Below are positions 1 through 12,757 of a stretch of DNA of 64,000 bases, piece after piece (within the stretch, counting starts at the first letter, position 1; every line of letters starts with the position of its first letter). Below the pieces are notes generated by a model. That model saw nothing but the letters and a program-made list of their open reading frames with translations. It had not been told where the DNA came from and made no database searches. Made by a program: the position numbers and the translations under genes. The DNA lies in the NCBI GenBank assembly GCA_023334545.1, contig JAADVB010000080.1, positions 6,129 through 70,128 of the forward strand, written 5' to 3'. The stretch is from Salisapilia sapeloensis CBS 127946 (taxonomy: Eukaryota > Protista > Oomycota).

Positions 1-491
1 ACTTCTCGAAGGTCCATTACGCAGTGCAGCAATGTCAATAGCAAACGATAGGCAGCATCAGGCGGGTTCTGACCTTCGTATGCGTCATACATGACATTCA
101 TAGCACGATCCGATACCAAAAGCTCCATCAGAGGAGATTCTGTAGCATTATCCTGGTTGAAATATGGTGCTAACGCACGATCAACGTCCCGTAGTGATCG
201 AAGCGATATGCGCTGGACAAAGTCGCAGTGGAAGATAGGCTCCATAGACTCATAGTCGACTCTTACGGCCGTTCCACGAGTGTCAAATAGAGACTGCACT
301 GCGAGTGAAGGAATGGAAGGCAGATCTAGTCTGGAAAGAGCCGTCAGTAGCGCTTCCTCCATCTCGAGACGGATGTTGGACCGTGTTGTGTTCGAATGGA
401 AATGGCGGGAATGAATAGTGCGAATAATTCGAGACACATACTGTATCTCAGGATGGAAATAGTGGTAGGAGAGTATCTTGAGACGCCGCAT
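1..491 (-). CDS. 5' part of an uncharacterised protein, truncated at the window edge; possible mitochondrial presequence
   Basis: Minus-strand frame open from ATG 491 to base 1 (MRRLKILSYHYFHPEIQYVSRIIRTIHSRHFHSNTTRSNIRLEMEEALL...), with an upstream in-frame TAA. It is absent from the ORF track because it runs off the edge. Confidence 0.55.
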   Translation of the reverse strand, partial: MRRLKILSYHYFHPEIQYVSRIIRTIHSRHFHSNTTRSNIRLEMEEALLTALSRLDLPSIPSLAVQSLFDTRGTAVRVDYESMEPIFHCDFVQRISLRSLRDVDRALAPYFNQDNATESPLMELLVSDRAMNVMYDAYEGQNPPDAAYRLLLTLLHCVMDLRE

Positions 492-593
492 GTAGCCACA
501 TGCGGCCAGGATCCGTTTCGTGCCCGAAGGTGAAGTGGATGCTATTTATGCTCCTTTACTCACCCTTTAGACTGCTGAAAAGTCTAGGGTGAT

Positions 594-3261
594 ATGAGCA
601 GACTTACCTCCAACTATGCCGAGCAGTCTGCACATAACTTGCGGGGGAGCGTCGGAAGTGTGACGGAGGAAGAGGATGACCGATGGGGCCATGCGACTGA
701 CACTGAGAATGACTCGAGTGCGCGAAGTAAGGTAGCAAGCCAGTCTCCATTCATGGTACGGCAACTACAACGACAACTCGTCACCGGTTTGTCGCCGATC
801 GAGGAGATGCAAATCGCCCAGAATGAGCTACGAGTGAAAGCAGCAGCGCAATTGGTACGTTGACTTCCATCTTATAAAAGTCTGAATTTGACTTACTCCT
901 TTGACTGCGCAGCCAAGCCGGCGACTTCAGAACAGTCTATCCAGCCTCATCACTACTCGGGACATTATCCATAAGCTCCGAAAAGGACAAAAAGTAGCCC
1001 CAGACACACGTGTAGATGATTTTGACGACGAGAAAATGATTAAAGAGGTTGACCAGCTGACACCAGGTATTTCATACTCTGAAAAATTAAACCCAGCGTG
1101 TCTAGAAGCAGTTGTGATCTTTTGATACTAGCCGAGGCACTCGATTTTGTCGAGATCGCATCCAGGAACGAAAACGTCTTGTCACGTAAGAAGCAGCAGT
1201 ACGATGAGATGTCCTTGCCATTCTACCTCATCTCGCCACACAGCAAGTTTAGAATGCGATGGGACGTCCTCGCTTTCTCGCTTATTACGTGTAAGTCGTT
1301 CATGCAATCGGATAGTCAAGAATACGTTTGAATTGATGTGGAAATTGATGATGTAGATAACGCTATCATGATCCCGGTATGTCCACTACCTTGTTCGTAT
1401 CGACTGCTTAAAGCGAAGATTTAATTCCTGCTTGACTGGTATGACTCTAGTTTCAACTGTCATTTTGGTACCACATTCCGCTCAATGGGACTTCTCTGGA
1501 AACCTTTCATCGATTCGTGGACGGCTTCTTCTACGTCGACATTGTACCTCTACTTTTAAGAAATGCCAAGCTTGAGTACATACTGAGGCGTGTTTTAGGT
1601 TATCAACTTCTTTTCATCTTATGAAGTCAATGGCCGGATCGAAAACCGGTCCAAAGCCATCGCGAAAAGATACATAAAGTCCTGGTTCCTGATCGACTTT
1701 ATATCATCCTTCCCAGTCTACATCTTTCAAGGAAATGTCGGACGAATGCCGCAGCTAGCTCGTCTGTTCCGCCTCTTTCGTCTATTCAAGCTCATACGTA
1801 TGCTTACGATCGTCCGCATCTTAAACAGGTATTAACTTATCTTGTTGTTTTGTATAAGAGTAAATTTCCACGTCTTGTGCCCTTGTAGACTAGAGTATGC
1901 ACTCCTCATTCGATCCACTGTCAGTAGCATCGCCAAGTTTTTCCTAATCGTCTGCTTTACATCACATTGGCTCAGGTAAATCACTGTCTTCATTTCGACA
2001 ACCGACGCGTCTAACTTCATCGTCCGGATGGCGTCGATGTACGTCTAGCTGTTCCTACTTTTGGATTTCTATCGAACGACCTGACGGATGGGTAGCTTCC
2101 AACGGACTCGAGCACGCCAAGGTTTACGACAAGTACACGACTGCCTTCTATTGGTCCATCATGACAATGTAAGTAGAGCAGCACGTATCTAGCTCTTCGA
2201 ACTCATTCATATTTTTCTCTAGGACGACGGTCGGGTATGGAGACATCTATCCAACGTCTACTGACGAGCGGGTATTCTGCATCTTCGGCATGCTGTTCGG
2301 TGCTTGGATCTTCACGTATGCCATCACGTCTGCCGTTGCAATGGTGGCCAACCTCAACGCTTCTAACAGCGAGTACCAGCTTCGGATGGACGAGCTGAAC
2401 GACTACATGGAAGCACGAGAACTCCCGATGCCACTCCGATACGAGATTCGAGAGTTCTACTCTAACGCTCGCAGCTCGGAAGAATCCAAACTAGCGAACG
2501 AGTCTAAAATATTGGCCGAGCTCTCCGCCCTGCTTCGGTCCAAAGTCGCTTTCGCCATCAACGACCGAGCGCTAAGCCAAATGCCGTTCTTTGAAGGTGC
2601 TGACCATAACTTTCTCATGGAGCTGGCTTTGAGCATGCGCATGGTATGTCTTCCTCCAATGGAAGAAGTGATTTTGGAAGGAGAGAAAGGAGAGGAGATG
2701 TTCTTCATCTTCCGAGGCGTCGTCGAGATCGAGCGTGGAGGGCAGCAGCTAGGAGTTTTAGGACAGAAGCAGTACTTTGGTGAAATGGCGCTGTTCAATC
2801 TGAACTGCCTACGCACAGCCACCGTCCGGACGCTCTGCTTTTGCGAACTGCGTATGCTGACCAGGGAAAAGTTTCTCATTGCGCTCACCCACTTTCCAGA
2901 CATGAAGCAGCGGATCGCCAAGATCGTGGAGAAACGTGCAAAGGCGTCTTCGGCTTCTGTGCCCATGACCTCGTCTCCGTTGCCAGATGAAAGAGCGAGT
3001 ATGGTCGAGGGATCGCTGGACAGGATGGCAGAATCGATTGTGAAGAACAGCAACGCTAATGCAACAACCGCAAGGCGCACAACGCCTCAGATGCTTTCCC
3101 GTGTATCCCAGATGAACACTCAGTTCTCCAACTCGATGCGTCTGTTGCAGGCAGAGGCCGATCTGAACTCGATGCAAACGAGGCTCAAGACGATGGTGAA
3201 GCTCCAGGATGATCTAACAGTGACGGTGCAGGAGATGGAGATGGTGGGAGCAGGGCACTGA
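594..3261 (+). CDS. Voltage-gated K+ channel with cyclic-nucleotide-binding domain (KCNH/HCN/CNG superfamily), multi-exon
   Basis: Exons joined through GT-AG introns give S1 (FRMRWDVLAFSLIT), an S4 voltage sensor (RLFRLFRLFKLIRML), pore TTVGYGD, a C-linker and a CNBD (FGEMAL...RTATVRT). Confidence 0.9.
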
Positions 3262-3335
3262 ACGTCAGCAAGAGTCGAATGGGAACGTTGACAGAGGCCA
3301 AGGACAATGCGTTCTATTCTTCTAGCTGCAACTGT

Positions 3336-3925
3336 CTACATGAGGTTGTTCGATTCGTCCGGAATCCGAACGGTAGTGCCTTCAAACGCTTCCGTGACTT
3401 CGATCTGGCATCCCAGTCGCGACCTACAGTCCACACCGTTAGAAAAGAGTATCTAAAGTGTTTCAATCAACATCTTACGTGTCTGTGAGACCCCATGCCA
3501 GATCCAGCATGTCTTCTTCTTCTTCGCTGATCTCTGGCAGCTTCTCAAAGACATCCTCCTCGAAGATCAAGTGGCACGTCGAGCACGCAAGCTCATGACC
3601 ACACGCACCTACACCGTCCTAGTTAATTTCTGATGCCTTATAAGATACAAATACTAGCTGCATCTGTACATTCAAGCTCAATGTCGTTGTCGTGTGCTAC
3701 ATCTGCTAACAAGTCGCCTTCTTGCGCTGAGACCTCGAACGCATCGCCATCACCGTCGATGAACGTGAAATTGACCTTTTCTCCCGTGGCGAACTTACGG
3801 TGCAATGGCACTTGAGCTGCGAAAGGAGCTTGCTCTCGAAGAACTGAGTTTGCTAGAAACTTGGGTCCCGTCCGGACGGCCGTCTGGCGCAGGGACCGAC
3901 TTGCCACCGCACGAAGCGCATTCAT
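3336..3925 (-). CDS. Mitochondrial adrenodoxin-type [2Fe-2S] ferredoxin, 3 exons
   Basis: N-terminal presequence [14 protein letters not shown]; spliced product contains [13 protein letters not shown] and SRLGCQI cluster ligands. Confidence 0.92.
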
Positions 3926-3999
3926 GTCTTCCTCGTATTTCGGTGGTGATACAAAATGCAAGTTAAACATACAAAAACGAGGTCATTCCTAGACAATTA

Positions 4000-5544
4000 A
4001 TGGCGGACGACGAGTATGGACTCCAGGGTCTAGCCGATCTCCCGCTGCTGGAGCAAGTGCATCGACTCTTTAATGCTATTCAACAGCGGTATCCGTACAA
4101 AGAAACAGAAGCATGGAAGACGCTGCCAGCAGATCAGAAGCGTAAAATGCTCGACTACATCCGCCGAAAGCGACAGGAACAGACAGTGACGCATATTGCT
4201 CCATCCACACAGTCAGCAAATGAACAGGATCAGGACAATATCGCGAAGCCAGAGACGAATGTCCAGAAGGCTGATCCGTACTTGGATATGCTGCGTCGAC
4301 GTAAAGAGCAGATGAAGAGCTCGGACACTGACAGATCTACAGCTGATCGATGGAAGATGGTGGATGAGGAGTTTAGTTCCGTCTTGTGCACATGTGGTAA
4401 GAAGCATGCTACTTGGATGCAGCAACCTGTGCCGAAAGGAAGCGGGAAATCGAAGGCGACAGTCCTCCGTATCATTGGCTACATGATGACAACCTTCGGA
4501 GACGCGAAAAGGCCATGCAAAGACGCTGTCCAGAAAGTTTATGCTCTAGGTAGTCTATCCAATAACCATATCTGCAACGCCGTACTGACTAGACTTGTAG
4601 TCGGAGACAAAATTCGCCAAACGCTCGCGCCGTGTTTGGAAGACGACGCTCCTTCTCCATCCCTCCGAGTAAGCTACTTTAATCGAAGACAAATGACGTT
4701 GGCAGATACTGAGTGTAGTGACGTGTGCAGGAACTAGTGGACATCTTTCAGGAAGAAGCAGCGTATTACGGTCGCTGGCGAGAGTTCCGCAGCGAGACAA
4801 AGCAGAATGAGGAGGAAGAGAACGAGGAGGACGTGGAAGAGGAACAACTAGCAGAAGAACTGGATTTGTTTGCCGTCGCAGAGGAAGAAGCAGTCTTCAA
4901 CGCTACCTTCTTTGTAAGCATCCCCACCATTCCGCCTTTAGAAACTTGTGTCCTAATACTTCCTTCGCCTGAACACAGGAGCGCATTCGTTTCGCAGACC
5001 AACGTACGGCACAGATGGACTGGTCGCTCTACGATGACTTTGCCAAAGGGCGAAAGCATAATTTTTTAGGTGGCAAGGGGGAGGTGCTGAAAGAGTGGAT
5101 AGGCCTCCCACCACTTAGCAAAGCATCTCTTGAATTCATCAACTTTGTCGCCTACCACAAGTATGTATCTCTAGCGCATCAGCACTTATAACAAAGAACT
5201 TAAAGACTATGATAGCATCGGATGCTTGGTGGAGGCGGCCATTAAACACAAGTGCAATGGTGAACTCCAGGCCTTGACTTCTCCCCTTCTAGTGGCTGAT
5301 ATCGAGTACGATTGCTTTCAAATGACTATCCTGTACTCTTTTTTTAAGTTAGTACAATTCGTCTTGTAGAGCTATAAGCGATACGATCATGGAGAAGAGT
5401 GAAGAGTCGCAGCAGGTAGAGGAGACTAATAGCCAGCCAAAACGAGCAAGGGAAGAAAGCAGCGAGACTGTGAACGAAGCAGAGGACAAGGCAGAAACAG
5501 GAAAGAAACAGCCCCGACTCATGCGACTCAAGCGACTTCGCTAA
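4000..5544 (+). CDS. SPT3/TAF13-like histone-fold transcription cofactor (SAGA subunit-like), multi-exon
   Basis: YMMTTFGDAKRPC resembles the Spt3 MMYxFGD motif. Downstream exons ERIRFADQRTAQMDWSLYDDFAKGRKHNF and LEFINFVAYHKIGCLVEAA resemble the second Spt3 histone fold. The 3' exon boundary is tentative. Confidence 0.7.
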
Positions 5545-5572
5545 AGTGCAACGTGACGAGTCTTTGTAAACT

Positions 5573-6266
5573 TTATACATAATTTCTCTCTTTCTGTACT
5601 CGTAGCTCCTCTGTCGTAAGTTTTTGATAAAGTCGGAACTCGGGCGGCAAGTCCGATTCCTCTCGCAATGCATCAGCAAAGTATATGCGTCGGACTCGAC
5701 AATTGGCATGCAGCTGCACACTAAGTGTGCACATGTACCTCGTGCTGTATGCCTGCATTGTGAGCTGCTCGAGGTCTAACTGCAACTGATTCCAACCATC
5801 AGCTTCCTCAAGTGCCAATGGCAACAAAGTCATCTCCCCATGAATCTCAGTCTGCTTCTGAAAAGTGGAGCATCGATAGCGACGAATTTGATCTCGACTA
5901 TCTTTTATAGCTACTTCCAAAGACAAGTCTCCAAGCGGTCGTAGCTGAAAGACTACATATCGGAGACGCAAGTCAAGCGATGGGGTAGCACCTAGATTGG
6001 CAAGCGGAGGAGAACTCAACCAGGTATCGGATATATTCTCGGACGTCAGTGCAATCACTGACGATTGCACTTTATCGTCTAAAACACGACGTATGCTCGT
6101 TCCATCAACCTCCTCGTGCTTATTCCAGAGCTGCAACGGCTTATTCCTGGTCATAGATAGCATATTGCGTAAGTTTGCTATCTCCAAGACAATTTATTCA
6201 GATATTTTACTACCCGACACTGTAGAGCAATGAGATGAGTCCACTCTGGTACGTCTTGGCGAACAT
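5573..6266 (-). CDS. CFAP20 (DUF667/BUG22) family protein, divergent paralogue, 2 exons
   Basis: Exon 1 from ATG 6266 (MFAKTYQSGLISLLYSVG) splices to NKPLQLW. C-terminal GWNQLQLDL...LHANCRVRRIYFAD...LPPEFRLY matches the CFAP20 pattern. Confidence 0.85.
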
Positions 6267-6369
6267 ACCACTTTGCTGGACTGCTTCCATCGTCGGTACA
6301 AGGTCGTGTTTGACTCGTTGCCAGAATTGTGCCTACAAGTATATGTCTGCTTTTACATATTACTGACGG

Positions 6370-7500
6370 TATGATGATGTATTTTACCTAGGATGCCACG
6401 ATCCAAGCCGGATGATTTCGCTCTGTAGTTGAGTGCTTCGCAGCAAGAATAGAAATACAGACCTGCATGATACGGCCCAGATCGTGCTCATGGAGGAGAC
6501 TTTACCAAATATGTAAACGGTATGTTTATAAAGATATGCACCATACCTTCTTGTTGCGGAACTATGGCCGGACAAGTGTAATCAGATATATCCAGAAACT
6601 TCAACAAATGGTTTAGAAGATACTTTTGACATCGGCCTCCATGACTAGAAGCAATTAGTACGACTGTACTCACTCGAGCAAACACCAGTCGGTCCTTAAG
6701 GAATCAAGGGTACTTCTATCGATCCACAAATTCTCGGTAGACTTATGAAATTTTACAGCAGCTACTTGCAAACGACATCTATCGCTTCGGAAACTCATCC
6801 TATGGATGTAGCAGGGAAGCTTAAAGGGGAACAAACACTAACATAGCTTATCAATGAAGCTTCCATACAGGTCATTGTTTTTAATTGGTGCCCAACACAT
6901 GAAAAATATTCCCTACATCACATGCGATCAATTCAAACGCAACGAGTTTCTAGCTGTCAGTCAACGTACCGACAAGATCAGTGTACTACCAATCCAGGAA
7001 CATCATTAGCATTATGTTTATGCTCTTTGTCAGCTTCATATACGGGTACGTGCCATGTTATTGATCTATATTATTTATTTTAAAGGTCCTGATCTGATGA
7101 TAACTTGGGCGAGAACAAGTTGAAAGGGTACTCTAGATAACTATCGATGATCATGGAGCAGGCAAAGTTTACTTAGACAACATCTCTAAGCTTCAAAACA
7201 TCATAAATACTACTGCCTCTAGTCGAGACAATAAAACAGCAACAAGGGTACGTATTCACTGATCAAGACTGCTTGTCCACTCCGCTATAAACACATCTCT
7301 GCTGAGTCTGATTAAGTTTTTGAAAGCGAATAGTGTCTATAAAGTAGTTTGCAACTATTCCCTGAGATATAGTTGTTTAATAGCAGTTGATAAATCTTTG
7401 CTAAAAAGTGATAAAGCTTTGACAGGATCTGGTAAGTTTCTATTCTAACACTGCGAATAGCCGTCGGATTTGGTCTCAAAACGGTGGACGATCGAAATCA
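6370..7500. other. Unresolved intron-rich or decaying locus
   Basis: Short open frames flanked by splice-like signals on both strands: + donors GTACGT and GTAAGT at about 7026-7435; - donors GTGAGT and GTATGG at about 6540-6670. I could not build one consistent gene model. Confidence 0.25.
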
Positions 7501-7515
7501 ATTTTATTCTAGTGC

Positions 7516-9055
7516 TTACAGCGCCTTGGGTACTGCTTTGATAGCCTTTTTGGCAAAGTTGAGCGAGTGCATCGACCACAAAGTGGACGTCATGAGCACA
7601 ATTGCCCCGCTCTGGTGCGCAACGGCGAGTGGCACCGGGACGCAGTGCAAAAGAGCGGAAATACCGAGCAGTACTTGTCCTCCGGCCGTTAGCATGTTCA
7701 AATTCAGAGCTCTTCTCGCCTGATCCGGGAGTTGGCTCCACACGTGTGGACGTCTGGCCAGAGCATACATACCCGTGATGCCACCAAGTGTCGTTAACGC
7801 CAAAACGCGATGGTCTAGCTGCACGAGCGGAACGTTTTCGAAAAAGTTGCGATAGGTGGGCGACAAGGCAAATAGGTCGTCGGGGATCCACTGGTCACCC
7901 ATCTTGGGGAAAGTGTTGAATGCAAAGCCAGCATCGGTTCCAGCCACAAAGGCTCCAGACAGAATGGTGTAGCCCAGAATGGTGGACGTGTGAGCAAGTC
8001 CCTTGCGGATGCCAGTAACATTCTTGAGCACGTTCGGAGACATCATCTCACGCGTCAGAAGGGCTCTCGAAGGAGGCGACAGGATCTGGAAGCCTGTCCA
8101 CAGGAGCATGCCTAGAGTCGTGAAGGCGAAACCAAGCTACAGACGAGGATGAAATCAGCACATGTGCATCGGGGATGTGGAGGTAGACAACGTACATGAG
8201 TGGCGAGACGGTAGGGACTGACGCGGACTTCGTTCTTGGTTTCAAGTTGCGTTTTGCCGTGGTCTTCAAGTCCACTGCGCACCATCCACCAGCCGATGCC
8301 GCCTTGAGCAGCACCGAGACCAAGGAGGATACCAAAGCGACGGTGTAGCTCCACTGGGAGTTTGCGTCGAATACCAAAGTAGAGCAGAGGAAGACCGTAT
8401 GCCATGCCAACGACACGACCGAGCATTCGGTGACCATACTCCCATGCGAAGATGCCTTTGAACTCGGATAACGTCTAGTCAATCGAGCATTTAGTACGAA
8501 GGTCGTTCGTATGAGACTGCACTGCCTATTACCATGTTTTGGCGCTGCTGGTACTCTGGGAACTGCTTGTACTTTTCAAACTCGGCCTCCCACTCCTCCT
8601 TGGACATGGGCGGCAAGCTTCCCTGCGGCTTCCACTCGACCATCGATAGACCTGATCGAGTGATGCGCGTGGCGCCTCCAACGACGATCATGCCACCAAC
8701 GAGTCCAGCGCAGCCGAACAGCCAGTAGGCGACAGACTTGTTCGCGGCCACATTCTCAATAGTGGCTTTCGGCTTTGTCGATGCCTGCATGTACACCCAT
8801 TAGCCATCGGTATATTGCAATGCAGTTTATTCATGGACTACCGTGCGTTTCGTGGAGTAGACAAAGGATAGACGGTTGGACGGTGGTTGGGCTTTTCCAG
8901 CTCCATGCCAAGTCTTGGGCAGAGCGTTCGACCGGAGTACAGGCGCCGTTTGGCTCTTCTACATTGCACGCACCATCAGCATTGTGCAAAGGGGTCAATT
9001 CATACTAGCTTACAAGCGTAGCAGCGCGTGTAGCTCGACGAGTAACAGCCAGCAT
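7516..9055 (-). CDS. COX15: Heme A synthase (cytochrome c oxidase assembly protein COX15), multi-exon
   Basis: GGATRITRSGLSMVEWKP, WEYGHRMLGR, VSPYRLATH, VQLDHRVLA and LAVAHQSGA motifs; presequence exons start at ATG 9055 (MLAVTRRATRAATL). Confidence 0.95.
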
Positions 9056-9296
9056 CGTCGGAATCAAGTGAGGGTATCAAGTGTGCGGCGACCAGTGTCA
9101 ATTACAAAGACATGCATATCAATATCATTTCTAGCCACGAATCAGACTCCTGTATCAAACATAGTCATTTTTCTACCACCATTCTAACATACCAAGCCAT
9201 CACTCTAACAAAAGAAAAGACAATCGAAGCACCAACTTGTTTTTCTTTTTTCAATGCACCTTTCTCCGCGACTCTTCTTCCCGTCTCACATCTTGC

Positions 9297-12200
9297 TTAG
9301 GTGATGACGGTGGGCTCGGTGCGGCCCGTCGCGCTGGGTAAATCCGACAGCTTCAGTCCGACGCCAATGAGCTTCGCAAGCGCATCCGCAGTCACCTGCT
9401 GCAAGTCTCCGCTCGGAGGCTCGAACTTCTCAATGTACATACGAATGGTTGCACCAGCGACACCGGTGCCACTGAGACGGAAGATGATTCGAGAGCCGTC
9501 CTCGAATAGGTACCGGATGCCCTGGTGGCTAGCAATGCTGTTGTCAACTGGGTCGTGGTACTCGAACTCATCCGCGTTCGCCATGACGTAGCCGTCGTGC
9601 TCAGTGCCCTTGACGTTGCTGAACTGGTCAATCATGTTGGCCATCATAGCCTCGGCAGCAGCCTTATCGACGTTCTCGTAGTCGTAGCGGCAGTAGTAGT
9701 TGCGTCCGAACTGGCGCCAGTGGTCGCGAACGACGTCCTCGACCGTGACCAGCGGGCATCCGTCCGCCTGCTTGGCAGCCAGAATGTTGAGCCACGCGAG
9801 CACAGCCCACATGCCGTCCTTTTCACGGACGTGGTTGGAGCCTGTGCCGAAGCTCTCTTCTCCGCAGATGAAGGGCGTGTAGTCCTCCTTGCCGTACACT
9901 TCACCAGAGTCCATCAGGTTGCCAAAGAACTTCCAGCCCGTCGGCACCTCGAAGAATGGCACACCGAGCTTCTTCGCCACGAGGTCGACGGCACCAGACG
10001 TCGGCATGGAGCGAGCGACACCATGGAGACCCTTGTTCTGGAAGAAGGGAATCAGGTGTGCATTCGCAGCGATGATAGCGAGCGAGTCCGACGGAGTCAC
10101 GAAGAAACGCGAGCCGAGGATCATGTTACGATCGGCGTCTCCGTCCCACGCGCAGCCGAACGAAGGCGGCTCCTGGTCTTGGCCAGTGACAGGCAGACCC
10201 TTGCGGTCGACACCCATGACCTTAATCAGCTCGTGAGCGTACGTCAAGTTCGGGTCGGCGTGGCCACCCTTGAAGTCCTCCAGTGGCTGAGCATTCAACA
10301 GGACAGACTCCGGGGCACCGAGCTCCTCGACGAACACGCGGCGGGCGTACGGTCCCTGCACGCCGGACATGGCATCCGTGACAAGCGAAAAGTCCTCACG
10401 CTGCATAAGCTTCTTGATGGCGTCAAAGTCAAAGATCTTCTTCAAGAGCTCCACGTGGTCTTCAGACGAGTCGAAGACCTCGAGCACGACCGTGCGGCTG
10501 CCATCGTCCGAGGCCACAGCACGCTTGCCGACCTTGCTGATGTCGATATCCGGGAAGTCGGACGCGATCTTGAAGTTGGAGATGACGCGCGAGTTGTTGT
10601 AGATTTCGTTCGTCACCTTCTCGGGGGCCGGACCACCGTTCTCACAGTTGTACTTGATGCCAAAGTCCTCATCCGGTCCACCAGGGTTGTGCGACGCACT
10701 CAAGATGAAGGCGCCAAAAGCAACGCTGCCGCCTTCGCGGTTGCGGATGACGGCAGACACGGCAGGCGTACTCAACAGACCATCCTTACCAATCCACAGA
10801 CGGTCAACGCCAGCAGCAACTGCCATCTTAATGATGATCTGAATGGCCTCGCTGTTAAAGTAACGGCCATCACCGGAGACAACAAGCGTACCGCCCATCA
10901 GGTCGCGCGAAGGCAAGGCGTCAAAGACCGACTGCACAAAGTTGTGTAGGTAGTGGCCTTCCATGAAGGTCTTGGTCTTCTTACGAAGTCCGGAGGTACC
11001 AGGCTTCTGGCCGTCGTACGGCGAAGTCTTCACCGTCGACGGCTTGAGCTTGCCGAGGCCCTTTTGCTCCGTCAAGTCCACCGTCGTGTCCTTGTAGGTG
11101 CCGGAGAGCACAGTCTTCTGCTCGTCGCTCTTGTTGACGACTTCGACCTTGCCTTCGAAGACAACACCAGGCGCAAAGCCCACGTCACCCGTGATCTTCA
11201 GGCGGTCACACTTGATCAAAGAGGGCACGTTGCCACGCAAGCTGGCTTCAAGCTGCTGCACGAGCTTGAACTTCTTCGAGTCGAGGCCGACAATCGGAGC
11301 CACACCCTCGCGCTCTGGAGCAAGCACGGGGCGGTAGTCTTCCGTGATGATGTACGCGTCCGAGCGGAGCAAGAGGAGATCATCACTCTTCTTCACAGGG
11401 GCGAAACGAGAGCGGGGGACGCAGACTGCGCCAGCACCGACAAAGCTCTCAATGGCAGCACCCATGGCCGTCTCAAGCTGGAACACAGGCGCAGAGGAAC
11501 CATCCTTCGGGTCCACCGTCTTGGAGTTCTTGATCATCGGGAGCTTAATAACGCCACCCTGCTCCTTGAGCTGCTCCGCAAGCTTGTCCAAGCGGATCCA
11601 CAAGTTGTTAGTGTTGAAGTAGCGGTGCTTGGAAATGTTCTGGAAGTGGGCTTCATCTTCGTCCTCGCACTGGGCAGCCTCACGAAGGATAAGGCGGCCG
11701 TCCGAGTTGCGGGTCGCCAAGTGGCCTCCCTTTTTGTCGTTCTCAGTTCGCTCACAGCATTCCATCAGGAACGGCTTGCCAGACTAGACATAATAAATTA
11801 GTTTTCGATTCAAGTGCATGACGACATATATAAACGTACCTGAGCAAAGTAGGTGAGAAGGTCGAGGTCGAGGCTGGCACCGAGGTTGTCCGAGTTAGAG
11901 ACAAACATGTACTTGACTCCCTGGGAGAGAAGAGTCTCAAGCTTGCCAGAGCCAGCAAGCGAAGGGTACACATCTCCGTGACCAGGAGGGCACCACTCCT
12001 TGTCTGGGTTCTGCGGGTGCGTGGCAGGCTCGAGTGTCTTGGCGTCAACCTTGGGCACCTTGTTCTGCATAAGCTCCAAGGCTTCGTCTTCGACGAGCTC
12101 CGGGTACTTTTGGAGGTACTCCAAGGTGTCAGCACTTGTGCTAAAGGAGTTCATGAGCATGAAGCGAACGTTCTGGGCATGCTCACGACGAAGCTCGGTC

Positions 12201-12538
12201 ACTTGACGCGCCATGATGTCGAGGAACGTGTCCTCTCCCTTAACGTTAAGGAGGGATTTGGCCTTGTCAAGGCCCATGCTGGTGCCGAGGCCACCGTTGA
12301 GCTTCAGCACGACCGTCTCCTTGAGTAGGCTAGGGTCAGCCGTGACGTTCTCGCGGACGCTGCCGCTCTTGCCCTCGAGGTAGGGAATGTCGTCGCAGGG
12401 GGTGATGGATCCCTCTTGGATCATGCCGCTCTCGCCACTGACGAGCGCGCTGTAGGACATTTCAAAGGCCTTGATGGCGGCCTCGCTAAGGCCGGCCTCT
12501 TCCATCTTGGCGCGGTAGGGTGCAAATCGATCCGCCAT
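9297..12538 (-). CDS. Fused UDP-glucose pyrophosphorylase / phosphoglucomutase, 2 exons (intron 11784-11839)
   Basis: UGPase motifs LKLNGGLGTSMG, PPGHGD, VSNSDNLG and FNTNNLW are followed in frame by PGM motifs GQKPGTSGLRKK, SASHNPGG (catalytic Ser), DGDADR and CGEESFG. Confidence 0.96.
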
Positions 12539-12757
12539 ATTTCTCTCTCCTTCGTTGCAGGCTAGATGTGGGGTTTAGATCTTTTTCGATAATGAGGGAG
12601 CGAAAGAGAGAGAATGGCCATTCGGTCGTAAACGATTGGTCGAAGGTACTACATTTAAAGGTTTTGATTGGAGGAAAATGTGATATCCAAGCAGCGTCGT
12701 CTCATCTGACACAAACTTCAATGTAGATCTTTTCGATCCGAATCGAAGGATGATACA

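Noticed and set aside
9525-11801. Long plus-strand ORFs (474 aa and 282 aa) opposite UGPase-PGM
   Set aside because: Antisense shadows produced by strong codon bias in the real gene; no motifs and fully nested.
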